DNA of 64,000 nucleotides from Girardia tigrina (taxonomy: Eukaryota): NCBI GenBank assembly GCA_001938485.1, contig MQRK01231274.1:9981-73980 (forward strand), in the 5' to 3' direction. Position numbers and translations under genes: made by a program. The notes under the pieces were generated by a model. That model was given only the letters and a program-made list of their open reading frames with translations. It did no database searches and was not told the origin of the DNA. Shown piece after piece: positions 49,501 to 63,053 of the stretch. How positions within the stretch are numbered: the first letter of the stretch is position 1; each line of letters opens with the position of its first letter.

Positions 49501-52190
49501 TCTGCGCACCTTTTACTTGTGCTCTCTTCTGACTTTCATACTTTCATTTAAGGTATGAGGCACTCCACTGGTGTAAACATTCTGTTTCTGTAATTCATCC
49601 ATCAGAATTCTTTGAACTATTGACCAGATTAATCCCGTAATATCAGAAAGCGCATTTAAGCTTACCATTTGATCATTCTCCAGCAAGTATAGTACATGAT
49701 TGATATTTTTTCTGTTCTTGCATCTCTCGGTCTTCTGGATCCTTGAACTCTTGTTAATTCTTCTATTTCTTTACAATCATATTTTTTGGAGATGGTTTGG
49801 ACTCATTTCAACGATAAAACATTCTTTTCAACCCATGCAGCAACTAACGGTGAATGTCTTTCTGTAGCTTTATTATCACTCTTATGAAGAAATGCATGTT
49901 TTTCGTGGTAGGTTCCATAATTGCACTCAATATAGAAATTATAAGCAAACAATTAAAAAGAACAACGCCAATACAAATAAATAACTTATTACCTAAATAA
50001 TTTGTCAATTAATTGAAAACATTTTACAGAGACTTTGATCTATATTGTTTTTAAATAAATTTTAATTAAGTTTTAAATTTTAAATAAATAAATTGAAATT
50101 CGTAGAGCAATTCTTCAAGCAATGAACCGCCCGAATTGAAAGATCTTCAAGATAAATATTCTAAATTAAAAGGTTATTTTTCAATAATATTTTTTATAAT
50201 TAAAACTGATCTAATTTGCAGATGAACTGGAAAAAACCAAAGCAGAAAACGCAAATTTAATAAAAGAAAATAAAGATTTAAAAACGCATTTAACGATTTG
50301 TCAAGATGATTTGAAGAAGTCGATTGAGAACAATTCGAAAAACGAAAAAGAAACAGTAAATTTAGCAAAAAAGAATTCCGAAAACGAAAGACAAATAGTG
50401 AAGATCAATGAAGAAATTCGAAAACTCAAATTGGAAAAACAAAATTTAAAAGATAAAAACTTGTCTTTGGAAAAGGAAATTGAAAATTGTAAAGTTTCGT
50501 CTAGTAAAAACAATGAGTAATTTTTTATTATTATTATATTCTTAAGCGCTTGATTCAAATAAGAGTTTTTCACTTCAAAGATAGAGCAAAAGAAGACACA
50601 GAAAATGCTCTCCACAATTGGAAATAATGTTCTTATGTTTAAAAGCTTTTTGGTTCTGAAATTAACTCTAGTGCTTTCATTAGAACTCTCATTCATCTAA
50701 ACTTTGATAGAATATTTAAAGTATTTTACTTTCCATTATAAAACTCTAAGGACCTTTGAAAACACAACGAATCTATTTCGAAATACATTTTTAAAGACAG
50801 TATATTTCTACGGATCAACCTTCATCGACAAGTCACTTACTAATTATTTGATTCACCTGTATATAATGGGAAAATGAACTGAACAAAATTTGAAACATTG
50901 ATAATTAGGTTATATTCGCTTAATATCAATGTTCCAACGGCTGGCGCAGCACTGCCGATTAAGAAGTTTTGATTAGCATGATTTCATTCATTAGATTACA
51001 TGCAACTTCGTTTTGCATTTATATACAAGCTAATGAATAATTTAGTCAGCTACAGGACGATTTTGAAAAATATTGTCATTAGAAAATGATATTTTGAAAT
51101 AAATGACTTGTGTTTTAATAAAATATTTTCATTCAGCTTTAGGGTCTATATCGCTATTTATTTCTATTTTTACACCTTATAACTTTTGGATATGGGGAAG
51201 TTCTTTTCTGGTTTGTTTTATCAAAATTCAATGCTTATTCTGTTTACGTTCTACATTTAGACAATGTTTTCCAAATTAATAGACTTCTTTTTTCAAGAGA
51301 TATTTCTGAAAACAATAACCGTTTATACCCTTTATCTAATGACAGTCTTAATATGCATCAATCACTATTTAAGGGTTAAAACTTTATAACATAAAGATCA
51401 TTATTTATATTCTGCTGTTACGTTTTAGAAACAGTCTTTTAAGTCTACTTTTTCATGATAGATGGCAGTATTTGTTCTAGGCCGATGAATTTTGGAAGGA
51501 AGAAAGCTATTTTCGAACGGACAATTTGTTAAGTAGTTCATAATAAAGTAGATAAAGAGATAATCAATTAAGTGATTTAGGGTCATTTAATAAACCTATT
51601 GATAAGAATATTGTGACATCCTTTTATACAGGAGAAATTTAATTATATTATATATTTATTTTTAAATTAATTATCCAATATTTTATGAGTACAGATTGGA
51701 AGAGAAACAAATTACTAGAATAGTTACTGATCTCAGTAAAAGTATTAAATCAGCCGGAATGGATCTATCATCATATATGTACTGTGTTGATCGTTTACAT
51801 GAATCAAATAAATCATCAATGATCATGGAACGTCTTCTTCCACAACAACTAATAAACCTTATCCATTATTGTTCAATTGATCTCAACACAACCAAGACCA
51901 TTTTAGATTATCTCACCGTCCATATTGATCTCTCTCAAGATTTTGTCATTGTTTTTGTCTCAAGATTGCTGACAGTTCTCTCAAATTATATTAGCCTATC
52001 TTCAGTCTCAAAGTGTGATCCTGATCCTGACTTGATATCAGCTGTCAGAAGTGTTGTTATCATGACAAAACCCTCCAAGAAAATGGATAAAGCGCTCAGT
52101 TTTCATCAGACTTTATTGGAAATTGCGTATTTATTATCGAAGAAGATCAATTTGAAAGCGAAAATTTCAAACGGCATTTCAGAAGAGTGA
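37530..52190 (+). CDS. Host gene: N-terminal PH domain + Ser/Thr/Pro linker + coiled coil + helical C-terminus, 448 aa
   Basis: Exons 37530-37580, 42848-43015, 48269-48385, 48434-48586, 50106-50172, 50222-50516 and 51695-52190. All introns are GT-AG and phase-compatible; total 1347 nt. PH motifs MEGWIKQK, YVVLT...LKVYK, LFLQAASQIDYDSWVNNI. Confidence 0.85.
37998..38542 (-). mobile_element. Merlin/IS1016-like transposase remnant between inverted repeats
   Basis: NHKYNCINPDTGVYRQIVERT*...SYL*EFIWRK; inverted repeat TTAACGCCACCG(C/T)AGCAAAAAA at both ends. Confidence 0.7.
39441..39832 (+). mobile_element. Non-autonomous Helitron-like element (contains a gap)
   Basis: A|TC start with TCAC repeats; GC-rich hairpin GGCCGC-GAA-GCGGGCC, then CTAG|T end. 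Confidence 0.7.
39969..40782. mobile_element. Old mariner-like deletion derivative
   Basis: Imperfect inverted ends ATGTCTTCAATAAAAGT / ACTTTTATTGAAAGACAT. Confidence 0.4.
41180..41800 (-). mobile_element. Zator-like terminus and Charlie-type hAT C-terminal remnant
   Basis: 41190-41270 resembles the reverse complement of 16445-16535; SAFGSTYSC motif near 41430-41460. Confidence 0.5.
44073..45147 (+). mobile_element. mariner transposon (interior in a gap)
   Basis: Perfect TIRs of about 29 bp (TTAGGTTGTTCGATATGAAACGGGTCAAA), TA TSD, C-terminal LPLKWQQCVDNMG. Confidence 0.93.
45964..47242 (-). mobile_element. mariner transposon, Hsmar1/cecropia-like (partly in a gap)
   Basis: TIRs TTAGGTTGGTCGAAAAATAATGG, TA TSD; YEFKLGRKAAETARNI...KLDKWVPH; ends QKCIDANGSYFD-TAA; apparent frameshift in the A-run after the ATG. 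Confidence 0.95.
49130..50020 (-). mobile_element. Decayed mariner-like remnant with an internal tandem duplication of about 73 bp (49412-49559)
   Basis: Transposase-like fragments (VATDEK, R.PR); two near-identical adjacent copies. Confidence 0.55.
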
Positions 52191-52285
52191 GATTTATTAA
52201 TTCTTTATTTCAAATTACAAATCAAATAATAAAAGTTTTAAATATAAATAAAATGTTTGTAGAATAAATAAAATTTTATCATAGA

Positions 52286-52480
52286 CCAGGAGTCAACAAT
52301 CTTTTTCGCACTGATGACCAAATAGGTATGTAAGATAAATCGAAAGGGCCTCACATGTATTATAACACCCCCTTCCTGTTCTTAGTTTAGAAATAAGTGA
52401 TAATGACAATATAATGAAAACATATGAAAATTAAAGGGTCGAATTAAAGAACCCAAAAGGCAGCAGATTTCCGACCTATG
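52286..52480. mobile_element. Charlie-type hAT MITE remnant
   Basis: CAGGAGTC...GACCTATG ends with internal AAAGGG(C/T)C repeats, between TAGA-containing flanks. Confidence 0.4.
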
Positions 52481-53342
52481 ATATAGAGGATCGCAATACT
52501 TTCCTATAAATACTTCATTAGTAATTCGAAACTTGTAAATATATATTTAAGATCGCATTTCGAATTTGAATTTTAAGTTATTTTGAAAAATATTCAAATA
52601 TAAATTGTTATTGATAAGTTAATTATTTTAACTTTTTCGTTAGTTTGATTTATAATGACGTATGAGTTTAAAAAAAAAAGAAAAAGGGATACGTAAATCC
52701 AAAACGTTTAAGAACCTTTGCCCTATCACAAAAAGTCTTGGTACAGGATGATAAGAAGGAAAAATATTATTAATCAAACTCTCATTTGCTGCTCAGATAC
52801 AGAATGAACTTCCCGTCTCACTTACCATTACTGCGAAAAAGGTCTGAAGTTTGGTCTTTAGTAAAGGACTTCCTGTTAAAAGCAGTCTCTATGTACAGAC
52901 CCTATTAATGAACCAATACTAAGTTTCTTTATACATCCGAAAGTGAAGCATCGATTAGAAGTTATGTTTTGGAATGCTCTTCCTTGGGTGGATCTTGTCA
53001 TTTACATGTCAGTAGATGGTCCATTAACTCCGAACTTGCAACAAAAATGTTTAATTCTGCAGGCTCATAAGTCATACACAGGACAATAGTGGGTTTTATA
53101 GCAAAACAATACGACCTGTCAAGTTTATTTAGTAACAAAGAAGTTTTTGCTGGATTCAAACATTTAATACATCAATTTTGAAAGTTAATCAAATCATGTG
53201 AATCAAATTGAGAACTTTTTGGGAGCCTTAAGACAAGGTTTTATTGAAACAATACTAAATGTTTTGTTTCATGGTGTGAAAATGATAGATTTATACAAAA
53301 CGTTTGTTGATGTAACGTTCAATTGAGTGAAGGAACTTTATA

Positions 53343-53582
53343 TAAACTAGTAAATCAAAAAATTAAATTTTTTATATCCATTCTTTAAGCAGACAGAACT
53401 CTACTTTGTCAACAAAGATTTTAAAATTTAAAAAATTTCGATTAAAAAAACATTAAAAATTAATATAAACTACTTATATTTTATAAATAGATTTCTTGCA
53501 ATTAATATTTTTCGATAACTCCGAATTTACCGTTTTTCCAATTTTTGGATCTTAAAAAGATTTTTTTGATAAAATTTTTGCA
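53343..53582 (+). repeat. Direct repeat of about 240 bp, copy 1 (copy 2 at about 56042-56322)
   Basis: Both begin AACTAGTAAATCAAAAAATTAAATTTTTT and stay alignable to GGATCTTAAAAAG. Confidence 0.8.
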
Positions 53583-55760
53583 TAATTATCAGACTCTGCA
53601 ATGCTCTGCACAGTCATCTGTAAAGCGCTGGATTTCTTCTGGAAATAAATGTCGTGTTATTTTCACTCCTGCCTTAATAAATACTTCCAGTTCTGCTGCT
53701 TTCAAAAGAGCCAACATATCTTTGACTACTTCTTGTTCAACATCAAGCCGCTCTCCAAGATAATTTTGCGATGATTGTACAATTTTGTGGCGCACCGCAT
53801 CCTGAGTCCTTGTGGTGGGTACATGTGTTAACAGCTCTTAAAGTGCAATCTCTGTTTCTTGTGGGCTGTAGTTTCTCTTCCTCTCCACCAGGATAGGGGG
53901 CTATGGATAAAAGGTCTAATTTACGAAGAGCTGAATCCCTATTGCTTTAATCACGCTTTAGCTGTTTTTGCAAATCACGAAATATTTTCAAAACATCAAC
54001 CATGAGACTGGTAAGCCAAACTTGCTGCGATTCATATGCCCATATCTTCAAATATCCCCGGACTGTTGCTCTCTCTGTTTTCGATTCGCCTTCCACTTCT
54101 AAAAACTTTCAAACTTCCCTGCAGCCGTAAAGATTATGAAGAATAGCCGTTATAAGGTTGACTATATGCTCCGCAAATCGAACTTCATAATGAGCAGGGA
54201 AATGTTTCACCGTCGGTAGAAATCGATGCAGGAGTTTTTTTGCCTTTTTAGACGTCCTGAAGAAGGTAGCTAGAGAGTTGGCATTAGTAATCCATATACG
54301 CACCTCTGAAACGCCTCCTTCAATGCTTTTAAAAGTAAGATCACTTCTGTGAACAGCACACCAGAACGTCAATAGATCACGATGCAACCAATTCTTCATA
54401 AGCTTCTAGAGCCCCCTTGTTGTTCCGGTATTCACGCTTTCGCCATTTGTTGTTACACCAACCAGCTTTGAAGTTGGAGCAACAGACGGTATTAATGGCA
54501 TGCTGAGTGACTTCTAGTAGTTCAAGGGCTCCAATCAGTTGAGGTTCGGTGAAGGCTAAGAAGACGTTCTTTACTTCATGCTCTTTTGTTACTATTCTCG
54601 CAGAGACGTACTTGTAATCCACCATTTGTCGATTGATGCTGCTATCAACTTGTACTGCGTAAGCAACACAATCAAGTAGCTCACACATGAGTTTCTTCTG
54701 AACTTCTCCAGTAACAATAAGTAGCATTTCTTGATAGCAATTTGGGTCTCTGTAATGTAAAGTCGATGAGGGAGGTTGAAATTTCTCTAATGGAGAAGTC
54801 ATTCCATTCTCGTGAAAGCTATTAGTAATTTTCGAGCTGTGTACTTGAGCTAGAGACCTTGATGGTCAGCTGTTGGCAGAAAGAGTACCTATCAGTCTGT
54901 AATTATAAACGTCCACGGCTAGTAAGATAAGAAACTCCACAATTTCCGCACAGTACTTGTGCAAACATTTCAGCCAAGGGTGATGAGAGGACTGAATTTT
55001 CCATTGCAATTCTAAATCTTCATGTCGCACTGATTCTTTATGGGAAATTGATTCCAGGTGATCAATTACAGCCTTCACTTTTTCAGTTGTATCTGCACGG
55101 CAGCCATGAGCCAGGTAAACAGTGTCATTGCGAGTAAACTTGCAAGCTACACTCTCAAACTTTTCACACGTCTTACATTTTACATATTGTCTTTTTGCAA
55201 ATCACGAAATATTTTCAAAACATCAACCATGAGACTGGTAAGCCAAACTTGCTGCGATTCATATGCCCATATCTTCAAATATCCCCGGACTGTTGCTCTC
55301 TCTGTTTTCGATTCGCCTTCCACTTCTAAAAACTTTCAAACTTCCCTGCAGCCGTAAAGATTATGAAGAATAGCCGTCTTCCCTTCAGCAGGTGCATTAA
55401 AGCGATTACTACTATTTTCCACTAACCATTTTACATTCACTTTCCTGCGTTTGTACCATTCCAAAGTATCGTGAGAAGTGCTGATAGTGGATTCTTCAGG
55501 ACTTATTACAAATGTAGCATCTGTTGTAGTAGTGTCAATCTTAGAGGAATCAGATTCGGCTGCAGCTGTGAGAGAAGTACTTGTGGGAGCTGATGACAAG
55601 GCTATTGCTGACGACTGAACAATAAAGCACTTTGTAATTTCACCATAGTTGGCATGATTCTTCTTTTGTTTACTTATTACAGGTGTCTGTAAAAGAGAAT
55701 ATGACGAAATCTCCAAATTATGATAAGGTACTATAGAGCATTTCATTATAAACACGACTC
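53540..55760 (-). mobile_element. Decayed hAT-family (ZNF862-like) transposase
   Basis: C..C...H....H finger, AVQVDSS, WCAVHRSDL, EVRFAEH motifs across frameshifted ORFs. Confidence 0.7.
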
Positions 55761-57337
55761 ACGAATAGTATAATGTTCTCATTATGCACAAGTTCATTAT
55801 ATTGATGCTTTTTGTTTGTGATGAAACACTCTGAAGTTAGTACACGTTTAAATATTGTAGTAGGGTAGTGAACTTTCTTCATACAGAACAAACGGGATTA
55901 TGGTATTCAATTTAATTAATCTGGTATTAGATATTCGTCAATTTTGCCTAATGCTCATCCATTCGGTTATTATAATTTTTTGAGAAATGAGAAATCGTTT
56001 AAAAATATAAAATTGATATTGACGTAAAAAACAGAATAGATAACTAGTAAATCAAAAAATTAAATTTTTTATTTCCATTCTTTATACAGACAAAACTTTA
56101 CTTTGCCAACAAAGTATTTATTAAATTATTAAAAAAAATAAAAATTATTATTAATAAAAATTATTATAAATTATTAAAAAAAAATAATTTAAAAAAAACA
56201 CAATAAAAATTATATAAACTACCTATAATTTATAAGTAGATCTTTTTATTGTTCATGAACTCGTAATTTTCCGTTTTTATACCATTTTGGGATCTTAAAA
56301 AGTTTTTTCGATCAAATTTTCACAGCATCATTTATTGTAATCGAGAATGAGTAAGTGTGTTTAATGTGTTTAATAAGTGTAAGTAATGTGAATTTCACAT
56401 TTGAAAATTAAGAAATTCTAGTTAAAATTTAAAATATTTAATAACTTTAAAATTAAATGTAATTATTTGATCTTCATACTAATGACCCTTTTGCTCTTTG
56501 GCTTGACTCTTACAAAAGTATCTGTCCAGCCTTTCTTTCTGAGACAACCAGTCCGCCTACTTCGAAAATATTTTCAAAAATTATTATTAAACAGTTATGA
56601 TATTTATTATATTTGTTAAATATCATCTGAAAAGTCAACTCAACATATACTCAAGTCTAAAATAAGTTTGTAAATAACAGTCTGATATGACTTTTTATAC
56701 GAAACAAATAACAATATTTATTTATGTGATACAGGAATCATTGTATTAAAGAATTTCATTGAATGTCTACAACGAAATGAAAAGAATAATAATTATTATG
56801 TTGACGTTTTTCACAAAAATAAATTATCGATGGTGGTTAAAAAGGAATTTTAAGGTAATGAGTACGGACATCGAGTTGACCTAACATGTTGAGATTATTA
56901 CTAGATATTTGGTACCTCTGTTTACTCTTATATGAGAGTCATTGAGATCAAAATGTTACGGTATAACATATACGATTGACGTGAATTTGTATGAGATTCT
57001 TGAAATATTTAATGTTAAGTATAGTTTCTATTTGTTATATCTAAAAATATAAATAGTTTTTCTTTGAGTCAGAAAATTGCCTTAAAGTTACTTCATCTAT
57101 TTTCACAGGAAGCTTGGAAAATACTTTAGTAAAAATGTTAACATAGTATAGTTACGAACTTCATAGAATGGCTGATTAAGGTACAAGAAGACATGAAAAC
57201 ATATCTTGTAATAATTTCATTGAAAATATTTGATTAATTTATTTTTTTGATAATATTATAATTGAGGGCTTCATTTATGTTTCATCACTTTTTTGATGTT
57301 CATTTGGGAGCCTACGTTGAAAAATATATTTGATATG

Positions 57338-59645
57338 TGTGAGGAATATTTGGTGTGTGGATGTTTTTGTGTAGTTTTTGTATGTCCAAATGTTTTATGT
57401 TGATTTGGGATTGTGCCTCTCCTAACCAGATGGATTATCAATATTTAATTTTTATAATCTGAAACTAATTTATTTAAAGTTAGATTTAATATTCAAATTT
57501 TTAGTTTTTATTATTACACGTTTTAAATAATTTTAATGATTTTATTTTTGTAAATTTTTAAATAATTAAAATCAAATTAATGTTTAAAAATAACTATAAA
57601 AATATTTTATTTCAGCCAATAAAATTTAAAGGAAATATCTTTAAATAAAATAAATTTCTCAAGTTAGTTCAGATTATGATGGGAGATATTGAAAATTGAT
57701 TGATGGATTCTAGTGAAAGCATTACTGTTAATCATCATAAAGATGATAAAAATTGTGAATATAATAAATGTTCTGTCAAATGTGTGAGTTCTCTTAACAT
57801 GGCGACTTCGCACCACGTGACTCCGAACATCAAAGATCCAGAAACATTCGATGGATCCGAGCACAAGTTAGAAGAATTCTTAATAAGTTTTAACAGGTAT
57901 TCAAAGATTATGGGATTATCAAAGGAGAGAAAAATCCTACTGGTAACACCCTACCTGACTCCAGATGCGATTCTGAGATACGAGAAGGCCCCAGGGAGTA
58001 CNNNNNNNNNNNNNNNNNNNNNNNNNNNNNNNNNNNNNNNNNNNNNNNNNNNNNNNNNNNNNNNNNNNNNNNNNNNNNNNNNNNNNNNNNNNNNNNNNNN
58101 NNNNNNNNNNNNNNNNNNNNNNNNNNNNNNNNNNNNNNNNNNNNNNNNNNNNNNNNNNNNNNNNNNNNNNNNNNNNNNNNNNNNNNNNNNNNNNNNNNNN
58201 NNNNNNNNNNNNNNNNNNNNNNNNNNNNNNNNNNNNNNNNNNNNNNNNNNNNNNNNNNNNNNNNNNNNNNNNNNNNNNNNNNNNNNNNNNNNNNNNNNNN
58301 NNNNNNNNNNNNNNNNNNNNNNNNNNNNNNNNNNNNNNNNNNNNNNNNNNNNNNNNNNNNNNNNNNNNNNNNNNNNNNNNNNNNNNNNNNNNNNNNNNNN
58401 NNNNNNNNNNNNNNNNNNNNNNNNNNNNNNNNNNNNNNNNNNNNNNNNNNNNNNNNNNNNNNNNNNNNNNNNNNNNNNNNNNNNNNNNNNNNNNNNNNNN
58501 NNNNNNNNNNNNNNNNNNNNNNNNNNNNNNNNNNNNNNNNNNNNNNNNNNNNNNNNNNNNNNNNNNNNNNNNNNNNNNNNNNNNNNNNNNNNNNNNNNNN
58601 NNNNNNNNNNNNNNNNNNNNNNNNNNNNNNNNNNNNNNNNNNNNNNNNNNNNNNNNNNNNNNNNNNNNNNNNNNNNNNNNNNNNNNNNNNNNNNNNNNNN
58701 NNNNNNNNNNNNNNNNNNNNNNNNNNNNNNNNNNNNNNNNNNNNNNNNNNNNNNNNNNNNNNNNNNNNNNNNNNNNNNNNNNNNNTCATTAGAAACCCAA
58801 TGTAAATGTATGTTTGATTGTATGTATGATTGTGTGTGTGATTGTATGTTTGATTTTACGGATGGAAATATTCCTCAAGAGATGTGCGAACTTGAATGCG
58901 AAGAAATTGTAAATCGAGAACAGTGTAATAGTATAACAACTCAAGATGATAAGAAACAAAATGGTAAAACGGAAATATTGAAGACATCAAAGTTTAAGAT
59001 AAATTATAAAGAATTGAAAGGACGTCCATGTGTGGATTTTTACGTGAAAGATAGAAAAGTTCATTGCCTTTTGGACACTGGAGCAAGAGTAAATGTAATT
59101 AAAGNNNNNNNNNNNNNNNNNNNNNNNNNNNNNNNNNNNNNNNNNNNNNAAAAAACGTATCCATTGCGCAAATGATTCAGAACTGATCAATTATGGAATC
59201 GTTCAATTAAATGTGGCTATTGAGGGAACACAAAAGTTAATAGAATTTTATGTGGTTAAAGAACTAGATTCTAAACAACTAAATTCTAAACAACTAGATT
59301 CTATGCCATGCTGGTAGTAAAAAGGTTTATAACTATTTGAAAGATGATTTTGATATGGTTAATATGAGAGAGATAATTAAGGAAATTATAAAATGTTGCA
59401 TAAACTGTCAAAAAAGAAAGACTTTAACNNNNNNNNNNNNNNNNNNNNNNNNNNNNNNNNNNNNNGATGAACCATTTCAAAAACTGTATATGGATTTTTG
59501 CGGACCATTTAAAAAGACTTTAAATGGATATCAATATATATTAGCTATAATTGATCAATTTAGCAGGTATATAAGTCTAAATGCTGTAATTCATCAAGAT
59601 GAGAAAACTACTCGGAAGGTACTACTGGACAGATGGATTTGGACC
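57338..59645 (+). mobile_element. Gypsy copy C: LTR, gag, protease, then integrase (RT/RNase H deleted; gaps)
   Basis: LTR 57338-57799 (TG...CA), PBS TGGCGAC, gag, LLDTGA, integrase CHAG...C..CQK...PFQKLYMDFCGP...IDQFSRY. Confidence 0.92.
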
Positions 59646-60147
59646 AAAATATTCTTAATCTAATATTCTTCTTTATTTCTTTTCAAATTTCTATTTTTAT
59701 TTAATATTAAAAAATTCAAATTTATTGAAAAAAAAGAAATTTAAAAAATCTAATTATTGGAAATTAGATAAATTTAAAAAAATTTTTAGAAAGTTATATT
59801 TTTAAAATTTTGAAATTCTGTAATAATAAAATAAATTATAATTAGTCTGCGGTGAAAATCAAATTTATAAAAATTTTGGATTGTTGATGATTATATTATT
59901 TGAATTCAAATCCAGACAAGGACTTCATTGTCTTGAGTTGTCGTGTGTGTGTGAATTCTTTGCCGAGCCATCGTACAGGTAAATAAGAATTATGAGTCGA
60001 CTGGCATGCTCTGATTGGTGAACGAAACAGAGCGAGTTAAAATTATCAAGTGATTTTTAAATGAACAGTTTTTAAACTGAATTTTTTAAACAGTTTTGGA
60101 CACTGAAGTTTGCGACCAATTTGTTTGGAATTAACGATTTAAAAAAG

Positions 60148-63053
60148 ATGATGAGACAAACTAATAATAATGTTCTAATAAAAATTGATAAATTCGCCCA
60201 GCACCCAACACAGTAAAGCCATGACTGTGTTACCGTCGGTCAGTCTCTAATGCAACTTTGGAACTGCACCAAACAAATGTTATATAAAATTTGTGTTGAT
60301 TTTATTAAACATTTATTTTTTTCAAAAAAATTCCTATGAATCTTTTTTAGTGAATGTAAATTTAGGTTTCTGCATAGATTATCTTCAGATAAAAGTCATT
60401 TGTTTTATACAAAATATTCTTCAACAAAGAATTGCTGTGATTTTAATCTCAGTTTCTGTAATGATGCAAAATAACTGTAATATATACTTTAGTTTACAGA
60501 TTCGTTTGAAAAATAGTTAATGATTAAGATGATAATTACTGGTAAAATCTTTCATTGAAAGTTCAAAACCGTTGTAGCTAAGCTGGCAAAATGTCATCAG
60601 TATTTATAATTGTTATCTAATTGTTATATAATCTCTTGAAAAGTTTTGCATTCTTAGGTCTTCTGACGTTCAAATTGGTAACAGAAAATAAATAAATGAA
60701 AAAGCAATTATCATAGTTATATATAAGTATCATTGTCTTAGAATGATGATGACCCCTCTGAGAGTTACAAGATAGTTCAAGTCTTTTATTTGGGATGAAT
60801 TTCTTTCAATATGTTTTATATGTTTTATATTTCGTCATTGAAAAGACATATAAAGTTCATTATGACTTCCGTTCATTTAACAATAGTAATTATTTATTTC
60901 TAAATAATTTACTAATTATAAATTAATTAATTTATCGGTGCTGAAAAAAAACAATTACATGAATACACCATATGCAATAATAATTTTTTATAAAATTGAA
61001 TTTTTAAAACAAATTTTGGCTGTCTCAGAAGAAGAAGAATGAGAAGATTAATAATATTTTCTTAAAATAAATTGAAGGAAAAAAATTAATGAGACATATT
61101 TTTAACGTTTTGCATATTTCAAGATAGATTTAAGAAGTAAATATTAATTTATAAAAATAATAAATTTTGTATTGAAAATTAAACAGTAAATATTTTTATT
61201 TAAACAGTTAAATTTTACTGAATTATTATTGGTTTAAATTACTGAATTTTTTCTTTTAATTATTATTTTTAAGACACTGGGTATATTTTATTAAAAATTA
61301 TTTAATTCATTTTAAATAATCAGAATATTTAACACATCAATTAATCAAACTTGTGAGAACGACATTCAGTGAAAAAAGTGACATATAATACAAAATGCAC
61401 AATTCGAACAAATTATATTAATTTTTAAGGAATATTTTTTTGAAACTTAAAAATTGATAAATTAATTGTAGATTGTCAATAAATTTTTAAATGGATGAGT
61501 TTTGTTACTCATAGAAAATTATCATCCTGTTTTCATTTTACCAATAATTTTAGATAATATATTATTTTTAGAAAAAATAATTATATAAAATTTTGTTTTA
61601 TTTTAGTCTGTTCAAAACCATTGACAGTCAATATGAAACTTGTATGAAAATGTATAAATTGGATACGAAAAAAATAATGCTTCTTGAGCTGGGCGAACAA
61701 ATGAAGGAAAATTTTAAAAGCAGAACTGAAAATAAAGAAAAGTTGGTGATATATTTTTGGAATTATTTTGATTTGAATATTTAACAAATGATGATGGAAA
61801 TATTATTATTTCAATGATCTATTTAAGCTTTACTAATTACTCTGTAAACGAGTTCGCTTATATAGGGCGGTAAGAGGATTGGAAAAATTGTAAATGTCAC
61901 TTGAATATAAATGATTTCAAAATTATGTGCAAACATTTTAGAAATTATTGAGAAAGTGTCGTGTAAAACATTGTTAATAAAATCTCATGATACAAAAATC
62001 AATGTTCAAAGCTGAATGATTTTTAGAAGCGATTCTTTGTGATTTTTAAGACTGATAATCTGACTTGAAGAATGGCTAAATGTTTTTTGACTATCACCAA
62101 ATATTCCTTTGTTAATCTAGTAGCAAGTTTTAATTTCTAAGTCCATCAGAAATTAAAATTACTTCTTATAAAGTAATTGAATAAACGAAATGAGTTTTTT
62201 CCAGGAAGGAATGAAACATCAAAGATATAAATCAAAAGTTTTTAACATGGTAAAAGAGATATTATACAATTTCTGCCACAATCTACTTTTTATTTTATTG
62301 TCTTTGAAAATTAGCTTTCAAGAATTTAAATGTTCTGGACTTCTTGGTCTGGAGCTTATTATTAATGAAGACACAAAAATATAAAACAGAACGTGATAAA
62401 TAGTGGAATGTCATTCTACCAGTTATACTTTGCAATGTTGGACTTCTTGATTTGGACGTAGCATGAAGTACAAAGAGGACATTTTGAACGCCTGTGAATA
62501 TTAATATTGTATCAATCCTTATGATATTTTACTGCTTGATTCATAAATCTTTCAAAATAAAATAGTATTTTATGAATTCGCCACTTTTGTATTTAACAGA
62601 TTATAAAAAAAGACTTTCAACAAAACAAACAAAAAGAGAATTTGCGACTTCAAATAATTTTGAAAATCTTTTTTTATTAAATTCGAGTTTCAATATTATT
62701 TATTTGAAGTTTAAGTGAAAAGTAATGATTTAAAGAAGGATATTTTTTCCTATTTTCTTTTTTCTATACTTTATTTCATTCACTATTAATAATATTTATT
62801 TATTTTTTTCAGTTTAGAAACAAAAGACGTTTCTCCACAGGTAACCATTACCTTTTTAAGGATATTTTGATTTTGTAAAATATGGTTCTTAGTCTTCCAT
62901 GATTATTAAATCGTTTGTTGAAAAGAAATGGGATGACACTCTTCAAAAGCTGCAGCAAAAGGAAAAGGAGATTCAAGATTTACTTATCACTATTGAACAA
63001 ATGTCCAACAGGATAAATATCCTGGAAACCGAAAATGGTCATTCGCAGTTCAA
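60148..63053 (+). CDS. 5' part of a host coiled-coil protein gene (probably continues past the window)
   Basis: Exons 60148-60212, 61607-61741, 62813-62840 and 62893-63053; GT-AG introns, phase-compatible, no stops. Confidence 0.7.

Noticed and set aside
50174-50696. Minus-strand ORFs (also 5770-6210, 8143-8409, 48403-48594)
   Set aside because: They are antisense shadows of real exons or TE ORFs.
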